64,000 nucleotides of DNA from a bacterium (GTDB taxonomy: Bacteria > UBA8248), in contig OZ241875.1 in assembly GCA_965203325.1 (NCBI GenBank), positions 1,760,001-1,824,000 of the forward strand, written 5' to 3'. The position numbers were made by a program, and so were the translations under genes. Shown piece by piece: positions 10,303 through 20,426 of this stretch. A model generated the notes under the pieces. That model did no database searches. It saw nothing but the letters and a program-made list of their open reading frames with translations, and was not told the origin of the DNA. Numbering within the stretch: position 1 is the stretch's first letter; each line of letters begins with the position of its first letter.

Positions 10303-10806
10303 CTACTCCCCGTCCAGTTCGATGTTGTCGTAATCGGGAATGGCGCCCATGCCCTTCTTGGCGGCCATGGACTTGCGCTCGTATTCCATCACCAACTCTC
10401 CGCGCTGGTTGTAGGCGCGCGTCTTGATGGTGACGATCCCGCGGTCGGGCCGGCTCTTCGATTCGCGCTTGTCCAGAATCTCCGATTCCGAATAGAGCGT
10501 ATCGCCCGCGAAGACGGGGGCGGGCATCTTGATGTAGGTCCACTCCAGGTTCGCCACCGAGCGGTAGGAGGTGTCGGTGACCGTCATGCCGGCCACGACG
10601 GCCAACGTGAGGGCGGAATTGACGAGCGGCTTACCGAACTGGGTCTTGGACGCATAGTGGGCGTCGAAATGAATCGGGTGGGTGTTGTTCGTCAGCAGGG
10701 TGAACCAGGTGTTGTCCGATTCGAGAATGGTGCGGCCCGGCCTGTGCTTGATGACCTCGCCCACCACGAAATCCTCAAACCAGCGTCCCATCTGAAATTC
10801 CGGCAT
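10303..10806 (-). CDS. MaoC-family (hot-dog fold) dehydratase
   Basis: GRWFEDF.VG, RTI.E.DN, HPIHFD, PVFAGDTL. Confidence 0.9.
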   Translation of the reverse strand: MPEFQMGRWFEDFVVGEVIKHRPGRTILESDNTWFTLLTNNTHPIHFDAHYASKTQFGKPLVNSALTLAVVAGMTVTDTSYRSVANLEWTYIKMPAPVFAGDTLYSESEILDKRESKSRPDRGIVTIKTRAYNQRGELVMEYERKSMAAKKGMGAIPDYDNIELDGE

Positions 10807-10904
10807 TTGAATTCTCCTCGTTATGCTATCGTCCACCATCAAGGCACGCTATCCGGCAATGCGCCCTCTCTGCGCGGACGATGAATCTTCTTTCTCATCC
10901 AACT

Positions 10905-12056
10905 CTAGGCGGGGTATTGCTCCAGAAGCCTCTTGGCGATGATGAGGCGCTGAATCTCGTTCGAGCCCTCGCCCACCACGAGGAGTTTCGAGTCCCTGAA
11001 ATAGCGCTCCACGGGCAACTCCTGGATGTAGCCCATACCGCCGTGCACCTGAATGGCCTCGCTCGCGCAGAACTCCGCTGTCTCCGAAGCGAAGAACTTG
11101 GCCATGCCGGCTTCCAGGTCGCACCGCTTGCCCTGGGCCTTCAGGTTCGCGGCGTGATACGTCATGAGCTTCGCCGCGTGGATGCGCGTTCCCATCTCGG
11201 CGAGTTTCGCCTGGATCAGCTGATGCCCCGCCAGCGGCTTGCCGAAGGTCTCGCGCTGCTGGGAATAGCGCATCGAATCCTCAAAGGCCGCGCGGGCGAG
11301 CCCCACGCTGCGCGCCGCCACGTTCACGCGGCCGCCCTCGAGCCCGCTCATGATCATCGGAAAGCCCTCGTTCTCCTCGCCCAGCAGGTTCTCGAGCGGC
11401 ACGCGCGCGTCCTCGAACACGAGTTCGCTCGTGCGGATGCCCCGGTAGCCCATCTTCTTGAGATGCCTGCTCACCTGAAAGCCGGGCGTTCCCTTGTGGA
11501 CGAGGATGCAGGAGATCCCCTTCGCCTTGGGTTTTTCCGGATCGGTGCGAGCGAACACGCTGAACATCGTGCCGTGCTCGGCGTTCGAGATGAACATCTT
11601 GGAGCCATTCATCACCCACTGGTCGTCTTCTCGCACCGCGCGCGTCTTGAGGGCGGCGGCGTCTGAGCCCGAACCAGGCTCGGTGAGCGCCATGCCCGAG
11701 TGCCACTCGCCGGTGGCCATTTTCGGCAGGTAGGTCTTTTTCTGCTCATCCGTTCCGTAGTTGAGCAGCATCCAGGCGGTCATCATGTGCGTGCCCAAAA
11801 TGCCGGCCACGCTCATCCAGCCCACGGAGAGCTCCTCCATGGCGATGGCGTAGCAAACCTCGTCCATGCCGCTCCCGCCGTATTCCTCGGGTATCGTGAA
11901 GCCGAAAAAACCCAGTTCCTGCATCTTCTCCACGACGGGCGTGGGGTATTTGTCGGCGAGTTCGTACTCCATGGCGATGGGCATGACCTCGCGGTCCACG
12001 AATTCCTTCATCATCCGCTGAACGCTCGTCTGTAGCTCGGTGAACTGGAAATGCAA
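10905..12056 (-). CDS. Acyl-CoA dehydrogenase
   Basis: PEEYGG, ALTEPGSGSD, NGSKMFISN, KMG.RG, QVHGGMGY, EG.NEIQR. Confidence 0.95.
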   Translation of the reverse strand: MHFQFTELQTSVQRMMKEFVDREVMPIAMEYELADKYPTPVVEKMQELGFFGFTIPEEYGGSGMDEVCYAIAMEELSVGWMSVAGILGTHMMTAWMLLNYGTDEQKKTYLPKMATGEWHSGMALTEPGSGSDAAALKTRAVREDDQWVMNGSKMFISNAEHGTMFSVFARTDPEKPKAKGISCILVHKGTPGFQVSRHLKKMGYRGIRTSELVFEDARVPLENLLGEENEGFPMIMSGLEGGRVNVAARSVGLARAAFEDSMRYSQQRETFGKPLAGHQLIQAKLAEMGTRIHAAKLMTYHAANLKAQGKRCDLEAGMAKFFASETAEFCASEAIQVHGGMGYIQELPVERYFRDSKLLVVGEGSNEIQRLIIAKRLLEQYPA

Positions 12057-12102
12057 GGGATGTTTCCTCCTGAAATTGAATAACCGGAATTTTCGCCAAG
12101 TA

Positions 12103-13281
12103 TTAAATCACACCGTCGTTGCGCAAGTCCGCCACGTCGTCCGGGGTGTAGCCGAGACTCTCCAGCACCTCTTCCGTATGGGCGCTCAGGCCCGGCGGGT
12201 GTTCGAGCCTGGGCGTCATCTCGCTGAACTTCACCGGAAAGCGGCACATCTTCAAGTTTCCGTATTCGCCCTCCACCTCGGGGAAAATCTCACGGTGCGC
12301 CGTCTGGGGATGATCGCACACCTCGCCCAGATCGTTCACCGCCCCGCAGGGGACGCCCGCTTCCAGAAAAATCCGGCGCCACTCCTCGCGTTCTTTCGTG
12401 GCGAGAATCGGCAGCACCTGTTCGAGCAGGGCGTCCTTGTTCTCGTGCCTGTCGGCGTTGGTCGCGAAGCGCGGGTCCTCCACCCATTCGGGATGCCCGA
12501 GCACCTCGGCGAACAGCCGCCAGGTGTTCTCATTGCCGCACGCGACGCCGATGAGCTTCCCCCCCTTGGCGGGGTATGCCCCGTAAGGCGCGAGGAAGTG
12601 ATGCCCCACCCCCACGCGGCTGGGTTTGGTTCCGTGCAAATAGTAGTGAAAGTGGAAGTAGCCCTGCATGCTTACCATGCAGTCGAACATCGAAACATCC
12701 AGCTCCTGGCCCTCGCCCGTCATGTCGCGCTGCCTGAGTGCCATCATCGCGCCCAGGGCCACGAAAAGCCCCGTCACGCCGTCGCAGATGGAGTGGGCCA
12801 TCTTGGCGGGCGATTCGGGAGGTCCCGTCATCTCCATGATGCCCGCTTCCGCCTGGATGAGGCCGTCGAACGCCTTCATGTCGCGGTAGGGGCCGTCCTG
12901 CCCGTAGCCCGAGGTGTGGATGTAGATGATGTCGGGCTTTATCTTCTTCACTTCCTCGTACCCGAAACCGAGCCTGTCGATCGCACCGGGGCTGAAGTTC
13001 TCGAGAAAAACGTCCGCGCTCTCAAGCATCTCCCGGAGAATTTTCTTGCCGCGCTCGTCTTTCAGGTTCAGCGTCACGCTCTTCTTGTTGGGGTTCACCC
13101 AGAAGTGCACCGCCCCCTCGCCGAAGACCGCATCGTCCCATAGACGCACCATGTCGCCCGTGCCGGGCACCTCGACCTTCAGGACCTCCGCACCGAAATC
13201 GGCCAGATGGCGCAGCCCCACCGGCCCGCTGATGGAAACTCCCAGCGAAACGATTCGAACGCCATCGAGCGGAAGCGCCAC
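12103..13281 (-). CDS. Family III CoA-transferase (CaiB/BaiF)
   Basis: PLDGVRI, LADFGAEVLKVE, NKKSVTLNLK, ENFSPG, GYGQDGPY; GTG start assumed. Confidence 0.93.
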   Translation of the reverse strand: MALPLDGVRIVSLGVSISGPVGLRHLADFGAEVLKVEVPGTGDMVRLWDDAVFGEGAVHFWVNPNKKSVTLNLKDERGKKILREMLESADVFLENFSPGAIDRLGFGYEEVKKIKPDIIYIHTSGYGQDGPYRDMKAFDGLIQAEAGIMEMTGPPESPAKMAHSICDGVTGLFVALGAMMALRQRDMTGEGQELDVSMFDCMVSMQGYFHFHYYLHGTKPSRVGVGHHFLAPYGAYPAKGGKLIGVACGNENTWRLFAEVLGHPEWVEDPRFATNADRHENKDALLEQVLPILATKEREEWRRIFLEAGVPCGAVNDLGEVCDHPQTAHREIFPEVEGEYGNLKMCRFPVKFSEMTPRLEHPPGLSAHTEEVLESLGYTPDDVADLRNDGVI

Positions 13282-13504
13282 GTTATGACTCCTCGAAAAG
13301 TTGCGTCTTTTCAAACGAGGCGATGACCGGCCAACGCCTCACTGCTCAAGCGGTTTCCCGACGAATGGGTCCATGCGAAACCACGAAAGGAGACATGACA
13401 ATACACCAGCGATTTTATGGATGACAAGGTGGGGTGGGGTCAATCGCGGCCAAGGATGGAGAGATTTCCGATTGGGGAGGGGGATATACTGCGAACGAAG
13501 AGGG

Positions 13505-13936
13505 TCACCCCAGTTCCACCTCCAAGTCCGCGAGGGTCATTACCGCGCCGCCATGCTCGGTCGCCGCCACGGCGTTCACGAATCGCTCGTCCGCCGTCAC
13601 CAGCTTTGCGCTAACGCGATGCGCGAGCGCAAGGTAGACACAATCGTAAACCGGCGCATCGAGTGCGATCGCTATACGAACTGCGTCCGCACAGACTTTT
13701 TCATCATCCGCCCAGAGGAGAGGCAATTCAGGAACAACGGAAGCCAGTTCACTCGCCTCGCCAAGCTGCACATCGCCCATCCGGGTCCTGCGCCGCAGTG
13801 CGTTGGCGATCTCGGACACCATCAAACGCGGCGCATGTAGCTCATGCTCGTCTTCGAGCAACCATTTCGCCGATTCAGAACCTTCTTCCTCGATCAGCCA
13901 CTTTACCGCGACGCTGGCGTCCACAACGAAACGCAT
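13505..13936 (-). CDS. vapC: Type II TA toxin, PIN-domain (VapC)
   Basis: VVDASVAVKW...E..NA...YD..YLALA....LVTAD PIN acidic residues. Confidence 0.9.
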   Translation of the reverse strand: MRFVVDASVAVKWLIEEEGSESAKWLLEDEHELHAPRLMVSEIANALRRRTRMGDVQLGEASELASVVPELPLLWADDEKVCADAVRIAIALDAPVYDCVYLALAHRVSAKLVTADERFVNAVAATEHGGAVMTLADLEVELG

Positions 13937-14193
13937 CAGATATTCCGATATCCACTCTCGCGATCTTCACGAATGAGAACTTCCGAAGGTATCCGCACGC
14001 GGCCTTTCGTCTTCTCCCGGAGTCTTAAGGACAACTCCCTGAAGGACTTACGCTTCGCCGGCATATTATCCTCGACAGCAGTGGCGAGAATGTGACGCAC
14101 CTCGCTCTCCAAGGAGCGATTATGCGCCTTCGCACGCTTTTTGAGACGCCGTATTACATCTTCATCGAGTTGCCGAACATTGACAGTCGCCAT
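13936..14193 (-). CDS. Ribbon-helix-helix antitoxin (FitA/Arc-like)
   Basis: MATVNVRQLDEDVIRRLKKRAKAHNRSLESEVRHIL; stop overlaps vapC start. Confidence 0.85.
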   Translation of the reverse strand: MATVNVRQLDEDVIRRLKKRAKAHNRSLESEVRHILATAVEDNMPAKRKSFRELSLRLREKTKGRVRIPSEVLIREDRESGYRNI

Positions 14194-14297
14194 GATTTCT
14201 CCTGTTCCATACCTAAAAATACCTAAAACCAAATGCCATCAAAATGATAGCATTCATTGAGGAGGCATGCAAGCCGGATCGCCGGCGACGAGTGCGC

Positions 14298-14645
14298 TCA
14301 CTCCCCCGCCTCATTGAGATAGGCCTGAAAATCGCCGCTGGTCTGCGAGATGAAGGCCACGGCCCGGTCGAGGGCGATGAACTCCATGTCTTCCGGGTCG
14401 TCCGCGACTTCTTCTCTCAGTTCGGTGAGGACGTCGAGATATTCTTCGGCTTCGGGGCCGGGAGCGGTGTCTTTCTTCTCGCCCGGTGCCTTGTCCTGTT
14501 CCACAAAATCCGCGAACGGACCCACCTCATAAGAGATGAAACAGAACATGTGATAGAGCGCCTTCTCCTCGACGCCGCCCTCGCCCTGCGCGTCTTTTCT
14601 CAGTTCGTTCAGCTTCGCCAAAACGGGTTCGTGCTTCAACGGCAT
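14298..14645 (-). CDS. Hypothetical acidic protein with two-fold internal repeat
   Basis: ATG with GGAG upstream; repeated 'L.ELR.....D...AL.....FIS.....F..YL' pattern. Confidence 0.6.
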   Translation of the reverse strand: MPLKHEPVLAKLNELRKDAQGEGGVEEKALYHMFCFISYEVGPFADFVEQDKAPGEKKDTAPGPEAEEYLDVLTELREEVADDPEDMEFIALDRAVAFISQTSGDFQAYLNEAGE

Positions 14646-14762
14646 CTCCTCATTTCTTCATCCTGCTCAATCAAGCGGTATTTTATATGCGTTTCAGATA
14701 AAACTATCGGGGGTCTGATTCAAACAGCCTCACACCACTGGCAAGGCGCGTCCTCAGATGCT

Positions 14763-15662
14763 TCATCGCGCCCGCGCTTCCACGCCCGCCATGCGCTCGA
14801 GCACCTTCACGATGGCGATGTGGTCGAGTTCCCCCTCCCCGTTCGCCACGAGGGAGTTGAATATCTGCGCGACGAGCGATGCGCCCGGCAGCGCGACTTC
14901 GCGCTCGCGCGCCTGCTCCAGCGCATAACGCAAATCCTTCACGTGGCTCGTTATCTTCCCGCCGGGGGAGAAATCGCCCGAGAGGATTTTCGGCGCCTTG
15001 ACCTCCAGCCCCCCGCAGCGAGCGAGGCCCGCGCCCATCACGTCCACCAAAGCGGCGGGGTCGAGGCCGGCCTTGGCCCCGAACACGAGCGCCTCGCCCA
15101 CGCCCAGGAAAGTGACGGCCACCAGAATCTGGTTCGCGAGCTTGGCAATGCACCCCGAACCCGCTGGCTCGCCCACGTGCACTACTTTCGCGCCCAGAAC
15201 GTCGAGCAGGGGCTTGCAGCGCGCGAAGACGTCCTCGGGACCCCCGGCCATGATGGCGAGCGTGCCCCCGGCCGCCCCCTCGGGCGCGCCCGATACCGGC
15301 GCGTCGAGCATACCGACTCCCTTGCCGGAAAGAGCTTCGGCGACCTCGGCGGAGAAGGCCGGGTCGTTGCTCGTGCAATCCACCAGAACGCTGCCTGACT
15401 TCATAGCTTGAAAAAGCCCGTTTTCCGAATAAACCACGTCTTTCAGGTTGGGTGCGTCGGGCAGCATGGTGAAGACGACTTCCGAATGCGCCGCCACCTC
15501 GGCGGGCGAATCGCACGCCCTTGCGCCCTCCGCCGCGATCTCATCCACCGGCGGGCGGCTGCGGCTCGATACCGCCAGCGGATACCCCGCCGCCAGAAAA
15601 CGCCGCGCCATCGGCTTTCCCATCAGACCCAGTCCCACGAAACCAACCGCCGTCTTGGCCAT
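14763..15662 (-). CDS. 3-hydroxyisobutyrate dehydrogenase / tartronate semialdehyde reductase family
   Basis: VGFVGLGLMGKPMA, LDAPVSG, GTLAIMAGG, KLANQ, KDL. Confidence 0.9.
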   Translation of the reverse strand: MAKTAVGFVGLGLMGKPMARRFLAAGYPLAVSSRSRPPVDEIAAEGARACDSPAEVAAHSEVVFTMLPDAPNLKDVVYSENGLFQAMKSGSVLVDCTSNDPAFSAEVAEALSGKGVGMLDAPVSGAPEGAAGGTLAIMAGGPEDVFARCKPLLDVLGAKVVHVGEPAGSGCIAKLANQILVAVTFLGVGEALVFGAKAGLDPAALVDVMGAGLARCGGLEVKAPKILSGDFSPGGKITSHVKDLRYALEQAREREVALPGASLVAQIFNSLVANGEGELDHIAIVKVLERMAGVEARAR

Positions 15663-15897
15663 CTCTTCCTCCCTGACGATGCGCAACCGCTCTTTCGGGG
15701 ATAATAGGGCAACCGCATGGGCGAGACAAACGAGGGTCAAACCCGATCGAGGAGGATTCGCCCGGCACGAAAAATCCGGCCTCCGGCGCACAAGAACCGG
15801 GCCGCGAATTGACAGACTCCCCGAACCTTCCTACTTTGCGCGCAATTGCCCTCAACCGAAATGCGACACTACCCAAATCAACAGAGGACCCCAATCC

Positions 15898-16380
15898 ATG
15901 AAAAACTATTTTCTCTCAAAGAGCGTGATCATCCTCTCTTTGCTGCTCCTCGCCTCACCTGCCTTGGCCGACAAGCACGCGCAAAAACGCGGCACGCCCG
16001 CGGAGGCGCAGGCCATGGTGGCGAAAGCCGTCGCCCTGTTCGAGGAGGTAGGCGCCAAGGCGGCCTTCGACCGCTTCACGAACCGCCCTGGCGCCGACTT
16101 CAAACACTTGGATCTATACATCTTCGTACTCAAAGCGGAAGAAGGCGCGCGCATCGTCGCCCACGCCCAGACCCGCTCGCTCATCGGCACGAAAGCGACC
16201 ACACTCATCGACCCGAACGGCCTCAACATCGGGCGCGCCGCTCTGGAGAAAGCCACGGCAAAGGGCGCATGGGTGGACTACGGATGGAAAGACCCGCTCA
16301 CGGGCAAGACCGTGCCCAAGTCCTCGTGGGCCGTCCGCCACAAGGGATTCATCTTCGGCTGCGGCATCCACAAGCCGTGA
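15898..16380 (+). CDS. Secreted stand-alone single Cache-domain protein
   Basis: Signal peptide, 'TPAEAQAMVAKAV', 'DLYIFV', 'D.NG', 'GAWVDY.W.DP.TGK...K.S', 'GCGI'. Confidence 0.8.
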   Translation: MKNYFLSKSVIILSLLLLASPALADKHAQKRGTPAEAQAMVAKAVALFEEVGAKAAFDRFTNRPGADFKHLDLYIFVLKAEEGARIVAHAQTRSLIGTKATTLIDPNGLNIGRAALEKATAKGAWVDYGWKDPLTGKTVPKSSWAVRHKGFIFGCGIHKP

Positions 16381-16839
16381 GTCGAGCCTGACCTGGGAGG
16401 GGGTTGCGCTTCCGTAGGGTCAATCCAACATACCTGCCATCCGCGTGTTCCCGACCACGCGCGTCTGCAAATTTGGTTTGATCGTCATTCTCGTAGATGC
16501 TTATCTGTAGAGACGGGTCGAGACCTGTGGGACAGCCCCGAGGAGGGGCTGTCACTACGGATTATTTCCATGGAAGGTGAGAGGAATTCCCAACGGGCTT
16601 GGTTTTTCCCTCATCCTGACGAAAGTGCACCGGGCGGACAGGCGCGGAGGCCTGTCCCTACACGACTGCAGAAGAAGAATTTGCCGGAATCTGGCAGGGG
16701 CCGTTCGCGAACGTGGGCCGTTCACAAGAACGGTCCACTACAGATCAAACTCGACCAAGACGGGAAATCGGCTTCCAGGCAGCGCGACTAAAGCCCCTCC
16801 TCGGTTTCCCCCCCAAACCCCTCGCCGACGCCTTGCGTA

Positions 16840-18222
16840 TCAGAACTGCCGCACGAAGCGAAGCTCGGCCCGGGTGCGCTTGTAGTCGTAGAGCTGGGCA
16901 TTGGACTCGCGCTCTTCCTCCACGACGATGAGCTGCGGACTGAAGCCGAAAGTCGTGAAACCCCGGTTGAATATGGAAACGCTGAAGATGCGCACATCGT
17001 CCTCGCGCGATGAATTGTCGGAGACGAAGGGAAACCACCCGCCCGAGTAATCCGTAGAGCGAAGCTCCGCATTCGCTCCCACGGTGAAACCGAAGGGAAG
17101 AGCGATCGAGGCGCCCAGGCGTCCCCACCGACTGCGGTTGCGCCAGGTGCGCGATTCGGGGTTTTCGGCCGCGTAGCCGAGCCCGCCCCGGACCTGGAGC
17201 GTCGGCGTGAGCACCCATGAACCCACCAGCGCTAGATCCAGTTGCGAACCGTCGAAATGCTTGTCGCGCTCATAGTCGCGCTCGTGTATGGAGGCGCGCC
17301 CGCTCAGGCGGATGCGGCGCGTGAGGCGGCGTTCGAGTTCGAAGCGCGCGCCGATCTCGTGGCTGTGGACGAGACCGCCGCTTCTGCGCTGGCGCGCGCT
17401 GGCGAGCAGGCTCATCTCGGTGTTGGGGCTGATCCACCAGCGCGGCCCGGCGTGGAGGGAAATCGTCATTTGATCGAAGTTGCTGCCCTCATACTCCCGG
17501 CGGGAGACGTCCGCGCCCAAACGCAGGCGCAGGCGCTTGTCCAAGGGATGCTGGTATTCCCACCCGCCCCAGAAGACGAAGCCGAGTCCCGAGCTTTCAC
17601 CTTCGAAATTGTTGCGGCGGAAGGGCAGATCGTAGATGTAGATGACCTCCGAATCCGACACCGCGCCGATGTTCGTGTCCGGCGCCAGGGAAAAGCCGAA
17701 ATGCGCGCTCCAGCGCCTGCGCGCGCGCATGATGCGCAGGAAGCGGTTGATGTTGGCGACCATCGCCTTGGGCGGCTTTCCGGCGAGGACGCGATCGAAG
17801 TGGAGGCGGGACAGGTCGTCCTCTCTCTTGTAGAAGAACGCACGCGCGAGTTCGAGCCGCACACGCACGAGACCAGGCTGCGCGACGAGGATGGCCCTGA
17901 GCGCGGCGATGGCTTCATCGAGAAGGGCGAGCTTCTCCTTCGCCCTGTCCGGAGGCAGGCGCCTCGATGCCTCGATGGCCGAAAGTCCGAAAAGAAAAAG
18001 CACGTCCGTCCTGTCGGCGCGGCCCTTCGACTCCCTTGCAATGGGACCCAGAAGTTTGAGCGCCCCGAAGTAGCGGCGCTGCTTGATAAGTCCGCGCGCG
18101 GCCTGGACCTTCGGGTCCCTGGAGAGATGAGACTGCGAGGGCGCGGCAACGGCGTCCCCCGCCGCGAAATGCGCGAGCGCGACGAGCGTGATGCAGGCCA
18201 TGAGCAGGATGATTTTTTTCAT
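16840..18222 (-). CDS. Surface lipoprotein assembly modifier (Slam/DUF560; type XI secretion translocon)
   Basis: Signal peptide, TPR segment with 'RVRLELARAFF', 'DTNI' at barrel start, alternating beta strands, 'SNAQLYDYKR', C-terminal F. Confidence 0.85.
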   Translation of the reverse strand: MKKIILLMACITLVALAHFAAGDAVAAPSQSHLSRDPKVQAARGLIKQRRYFGALKLLGPIARESKGRADRTDVLFLFGLSAIEASRRLPPDRAKEKLALLDEAIAALRAILVAQPGLVRVRLELARAFFYKREDDLSRLHFDRVLAGKPPKAMVANINRFLRIMRARRRWSAHFGFSLAPDTNIGAVSDSEVIYIYDLPFRRNNFEGESSGLGFVFWGGWEYQHPLDKRLRLRLGADVSRREYEGSNFDQMTISLHAGPRWWISPNTEMSLLASARQRRSGGLVHSHEIGARFELERRLTRRIRLSGRASIHERDYERDKHFDGSQLDLALVGSWVLTPTLQVRGGLGYAAENPESRTWRNRSRWGRLGASIALPFGFTVGANAELRSTDYSGGWFPFVSDNSSREDDVRIFSVSIFNRGFTTFGFSPQLIVVEEERESNAQLYDYKRTRAELRFVRQF

Positions 18223-18600
18223 GGTTTGCGGCGTGAGACGAGCGTATCCGCCCCTCGTCCGTTTCCTCCTTCGGCGACGAAATTCGCATTTGCGCCGCCC
18301 GGGCGAGGAGAACCCCATCCGAACGGACGATGCCGAAGTCTGCTACATCGGCCTCCTAAAAGCAACTCCCCCGCCCCTTGGCTCGAAACCGAGGCCCCTT
18401 GTCAGGGAGTAGAGGGGACACCCCTCCCGAACGAAAAACCAACCCCCCTGGCCCCCCTTGTCAGGGGGGTAAAGGCGATGCGTCCAACCGGGGGAGTAAA
18501 AGAAAAACTCCCCGGACAAGTGGGGTTGGTGGTTGAACCCGACCGGGGAGGAAGGGTTCACGGCCGAAACCGGCCCCGCTCGGCTCCCGACAAAATAAAG

Positions 18601-18622
18601 AGGGCGGCCCTTAGGCCGCCCT
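18601..18622 (-). terminator. Probable intrinsic terminator after the lipoprotein gene
   Basis: AGGGCGGCC-CTTA-GGCCGCCCT hairpin, followed on the minus strand by CTTTATTTT. Confidence 0.55.
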
Positions 18623-18683
18623 CCCTTTGCTGCGCATTGCTCCGCCCCGGAACGCGGGGCGCACTTCCCGGCGCCGCAGGCTC

Positions 18684-20426
18684 TTACTGCTTCCTTGCGC
18701 CGAACCCGCCGGCCACGGAGCCGTTCGTGAACTCGGCGTTGAACTCGCCGACCACGGAACCGGGCTGGGGAACCGTTCCATCAGCCGCGGCCGTCACGTC
18801 CCCATGGAAAGTAGCGCTGAACGAGCCGTCACCAACTCCCCCCTTGGCCGTGCCGGACGCGGTTCCGTCACCGGGAGTAATAGCTCCCTGCAAAGCCACG
18901 CTCCACTCGTTCTCCTCGTCGCCGGACAACATGAAGTTGTCGATGGTTCCACTGACGGTGTTGAGCAAGTTGGGCGCGATTGTGCCCGTGGTGTCTGTCG
19001 CGGAGACCGGCACCTGACCGAAGGTCGCCATCAGGCTGACGTCCGCCGTGAAGTGGCCGGAGGTGGCCACGTCGAGCGTGCGGTCGGAGTTGTACACGTT
19101 TTTCACGTACACGCCCACGGCGCCTCCTTCATACGTCGCGCTTCCTAAAACGGCATTGACATCGCCGCTCGCGGCGACCGAAGAGCCCGCGAAGGTCTCG
19201 ACCTCGTTGTAGGTGACCGCGCCGTCAGCGTCCGTCGTCTTCTTCAGCCAGAAGCCGTAATGGAGGTAATCGGAATCCGGCACGTCGGAGGTGGCCCCCG
19301 CAGCGGGAGTGAAAACCCAGTCGCCGGTGATGGCGGTTATTTCACCGTCCCCATCAAGCGTCACAGTACAAGCAGCGGCGCCATTACACCTGTAGGTGCC
19401 CATGGCGCCGTTGTAGGTGCCCGCGACCTCGTCAGCCTCGTCTTCGTCTGCGTCAGTCGTCGCGGGGTCGTCGAAATCGAAGGTGTGCGTGACAGTATCG
19501 CCAGTTGCAGCAACAAACGCCGGCGACATGATCTTCGGCAGGTTCACATCGTCGGCGCCTGCCGCGATGGTGAGAGCGGTAAAGTCGTTGCCCGGGGTGC
19601 CGTCCCCGTCGGCGTCCTCGGTGTCATCGAGGTCACGCGCATTCAGCGCCTGACCCGTCACCATAGCGAACGCCGTGGGCGAGGGCGCTTCGATGTCGGT
19701 GCTGACTATCACGACTTCTTCCATCACGTTGCCGTCATCATCCGCCGCCATCGCGCGCGTGTGCATGGTGCGTCCGCTGCCCAGATCCATAGCCTGCATG
19801 AATTTAGGAGCATCGTCAGCCGCCCCGGCGACGGTGATATTGACTTCCGTGCCGTCACGATCACGGCTGATGGCGATCGTATGATCGGTAGTGGCATCCT
19901 CACCGCCGGCTCCATCGTCGGTCGCCTGAGCGGCTTCGGCCGCAATGGCCGTTTCTTTCGTCCCGGCCTCCTTGTTCTTCGCCTCTTGCACCACCCGATC
20001 AGCGGCCTTCGTTGCCGCCGCCGTCACCATCCCGGCGTACATCACGACTTTGTCTCTTGCGGTCTCGACGCTCGCCTGGGCGTCTTCCGCCACAGTGGAG
20101 GTCGTTGCCGCTTGGGCGATGGCGTTCGCCGCCTTCGCTTCGGCTAAGGCTTCTTCGGCCTTGCTGTAGGAATCCATGTCATGGCTCGCGTCGTCCATGA
20201 CGGCGGCCAGCGCCATTTTCGCGGCTTCGTACGCCGTCATCGCCGCGGTTTTCGCGGCGGCGAGCTTCTGGGCTTCCGTCGGTTCCGGCGTCGTCATGGT
20301 GTCACCATCGCCGTTACTTGCCGATCCGCCGCCCCCGCCGCCGCAGCCGGCCAGCGTCGCCGCGAGCAGGAGCGCCATTCCGAATACATACAACTTGTTG
20401 ATGGGTGTTTTTACGCAGAACAACAT
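18684..20426 (-). CDS. Surface lipoprotein with TbpB-like C-terminal beta-barrel (probable Slam cargo)
   Basis: Lipobox LAGC plus poly-Gly linker, Ala-rich helical stalk, 'ATYEGGAVG', 'F.ADVSL.A.F', 'VSGTIDNF', 'GEFNA....GSVAGGFGARK'; start set at ATG 20426 behind GAGGAGG. Confidence 0.85.
   Translation of the reverse strand: MLFCVKTPINKLYVFGMALLLAATLAGCGGGGGGSASNGDGDTMTTPEPTEAQKLAAAKTAAMTAYEAAKMALAAVMDDASHDMDSYSKAEEALAEAKAANAIAQAATTSTVAEDAQASVETARDKVVMYAGMVTAAATKAADRVVQEAKNKEAGTKETAIAAEAAQATDDGAGGEDATTDHTIAISRDRDGTEVNITVAGAADDAPKFMQAMDLGSGRTMHTRAMAADDDGNVMEEVVIVSTDIEAPSPTAFAMVTGQALNARDLDDTEDADGDGTPGNDFTALTIAAGADDVNLPKIMSPAFVAATGDTVTHTFDFDDPATTDADEDEADEVAGTYNGAMGTYRCNGAAACTVTLDGDGEITAITGDWVFTPAAGATSDVPDSDYLHYGFWLKKTTDADGAVTYNEVETFAGSSVAASGDVNAVLGSATYEGGAVGVYVKNVYNSDRTLDVATSGHFTADVSLMATFGQVPVSATDTTGTIAPNLLNTVSGTIDNFMLSGDEENEWSVALQGAITPGDGTASGTAKGGVGDGSFSATFHGDVTAAADGTVPQPGSVVGEFNAEFTNGSVAGGFGARKQ

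Noticed and set aside
18330..18600. ORFs between the lipoprotein and Slam genes
   Set aside because: Region consists of CCCCTTGTCAGGGG-type palindromic repeats like those at 39464-39607, so probably non-coding
17242..19017. Long antisense/overlapping ORFs (e.g. 17242-19017, 22135-23637, 8366-9802, 56916-58511, 147-938)
   Set aside because: Shadow ORFs of GC-rich coding sequence on the opposite strand, with no recognisable motifs
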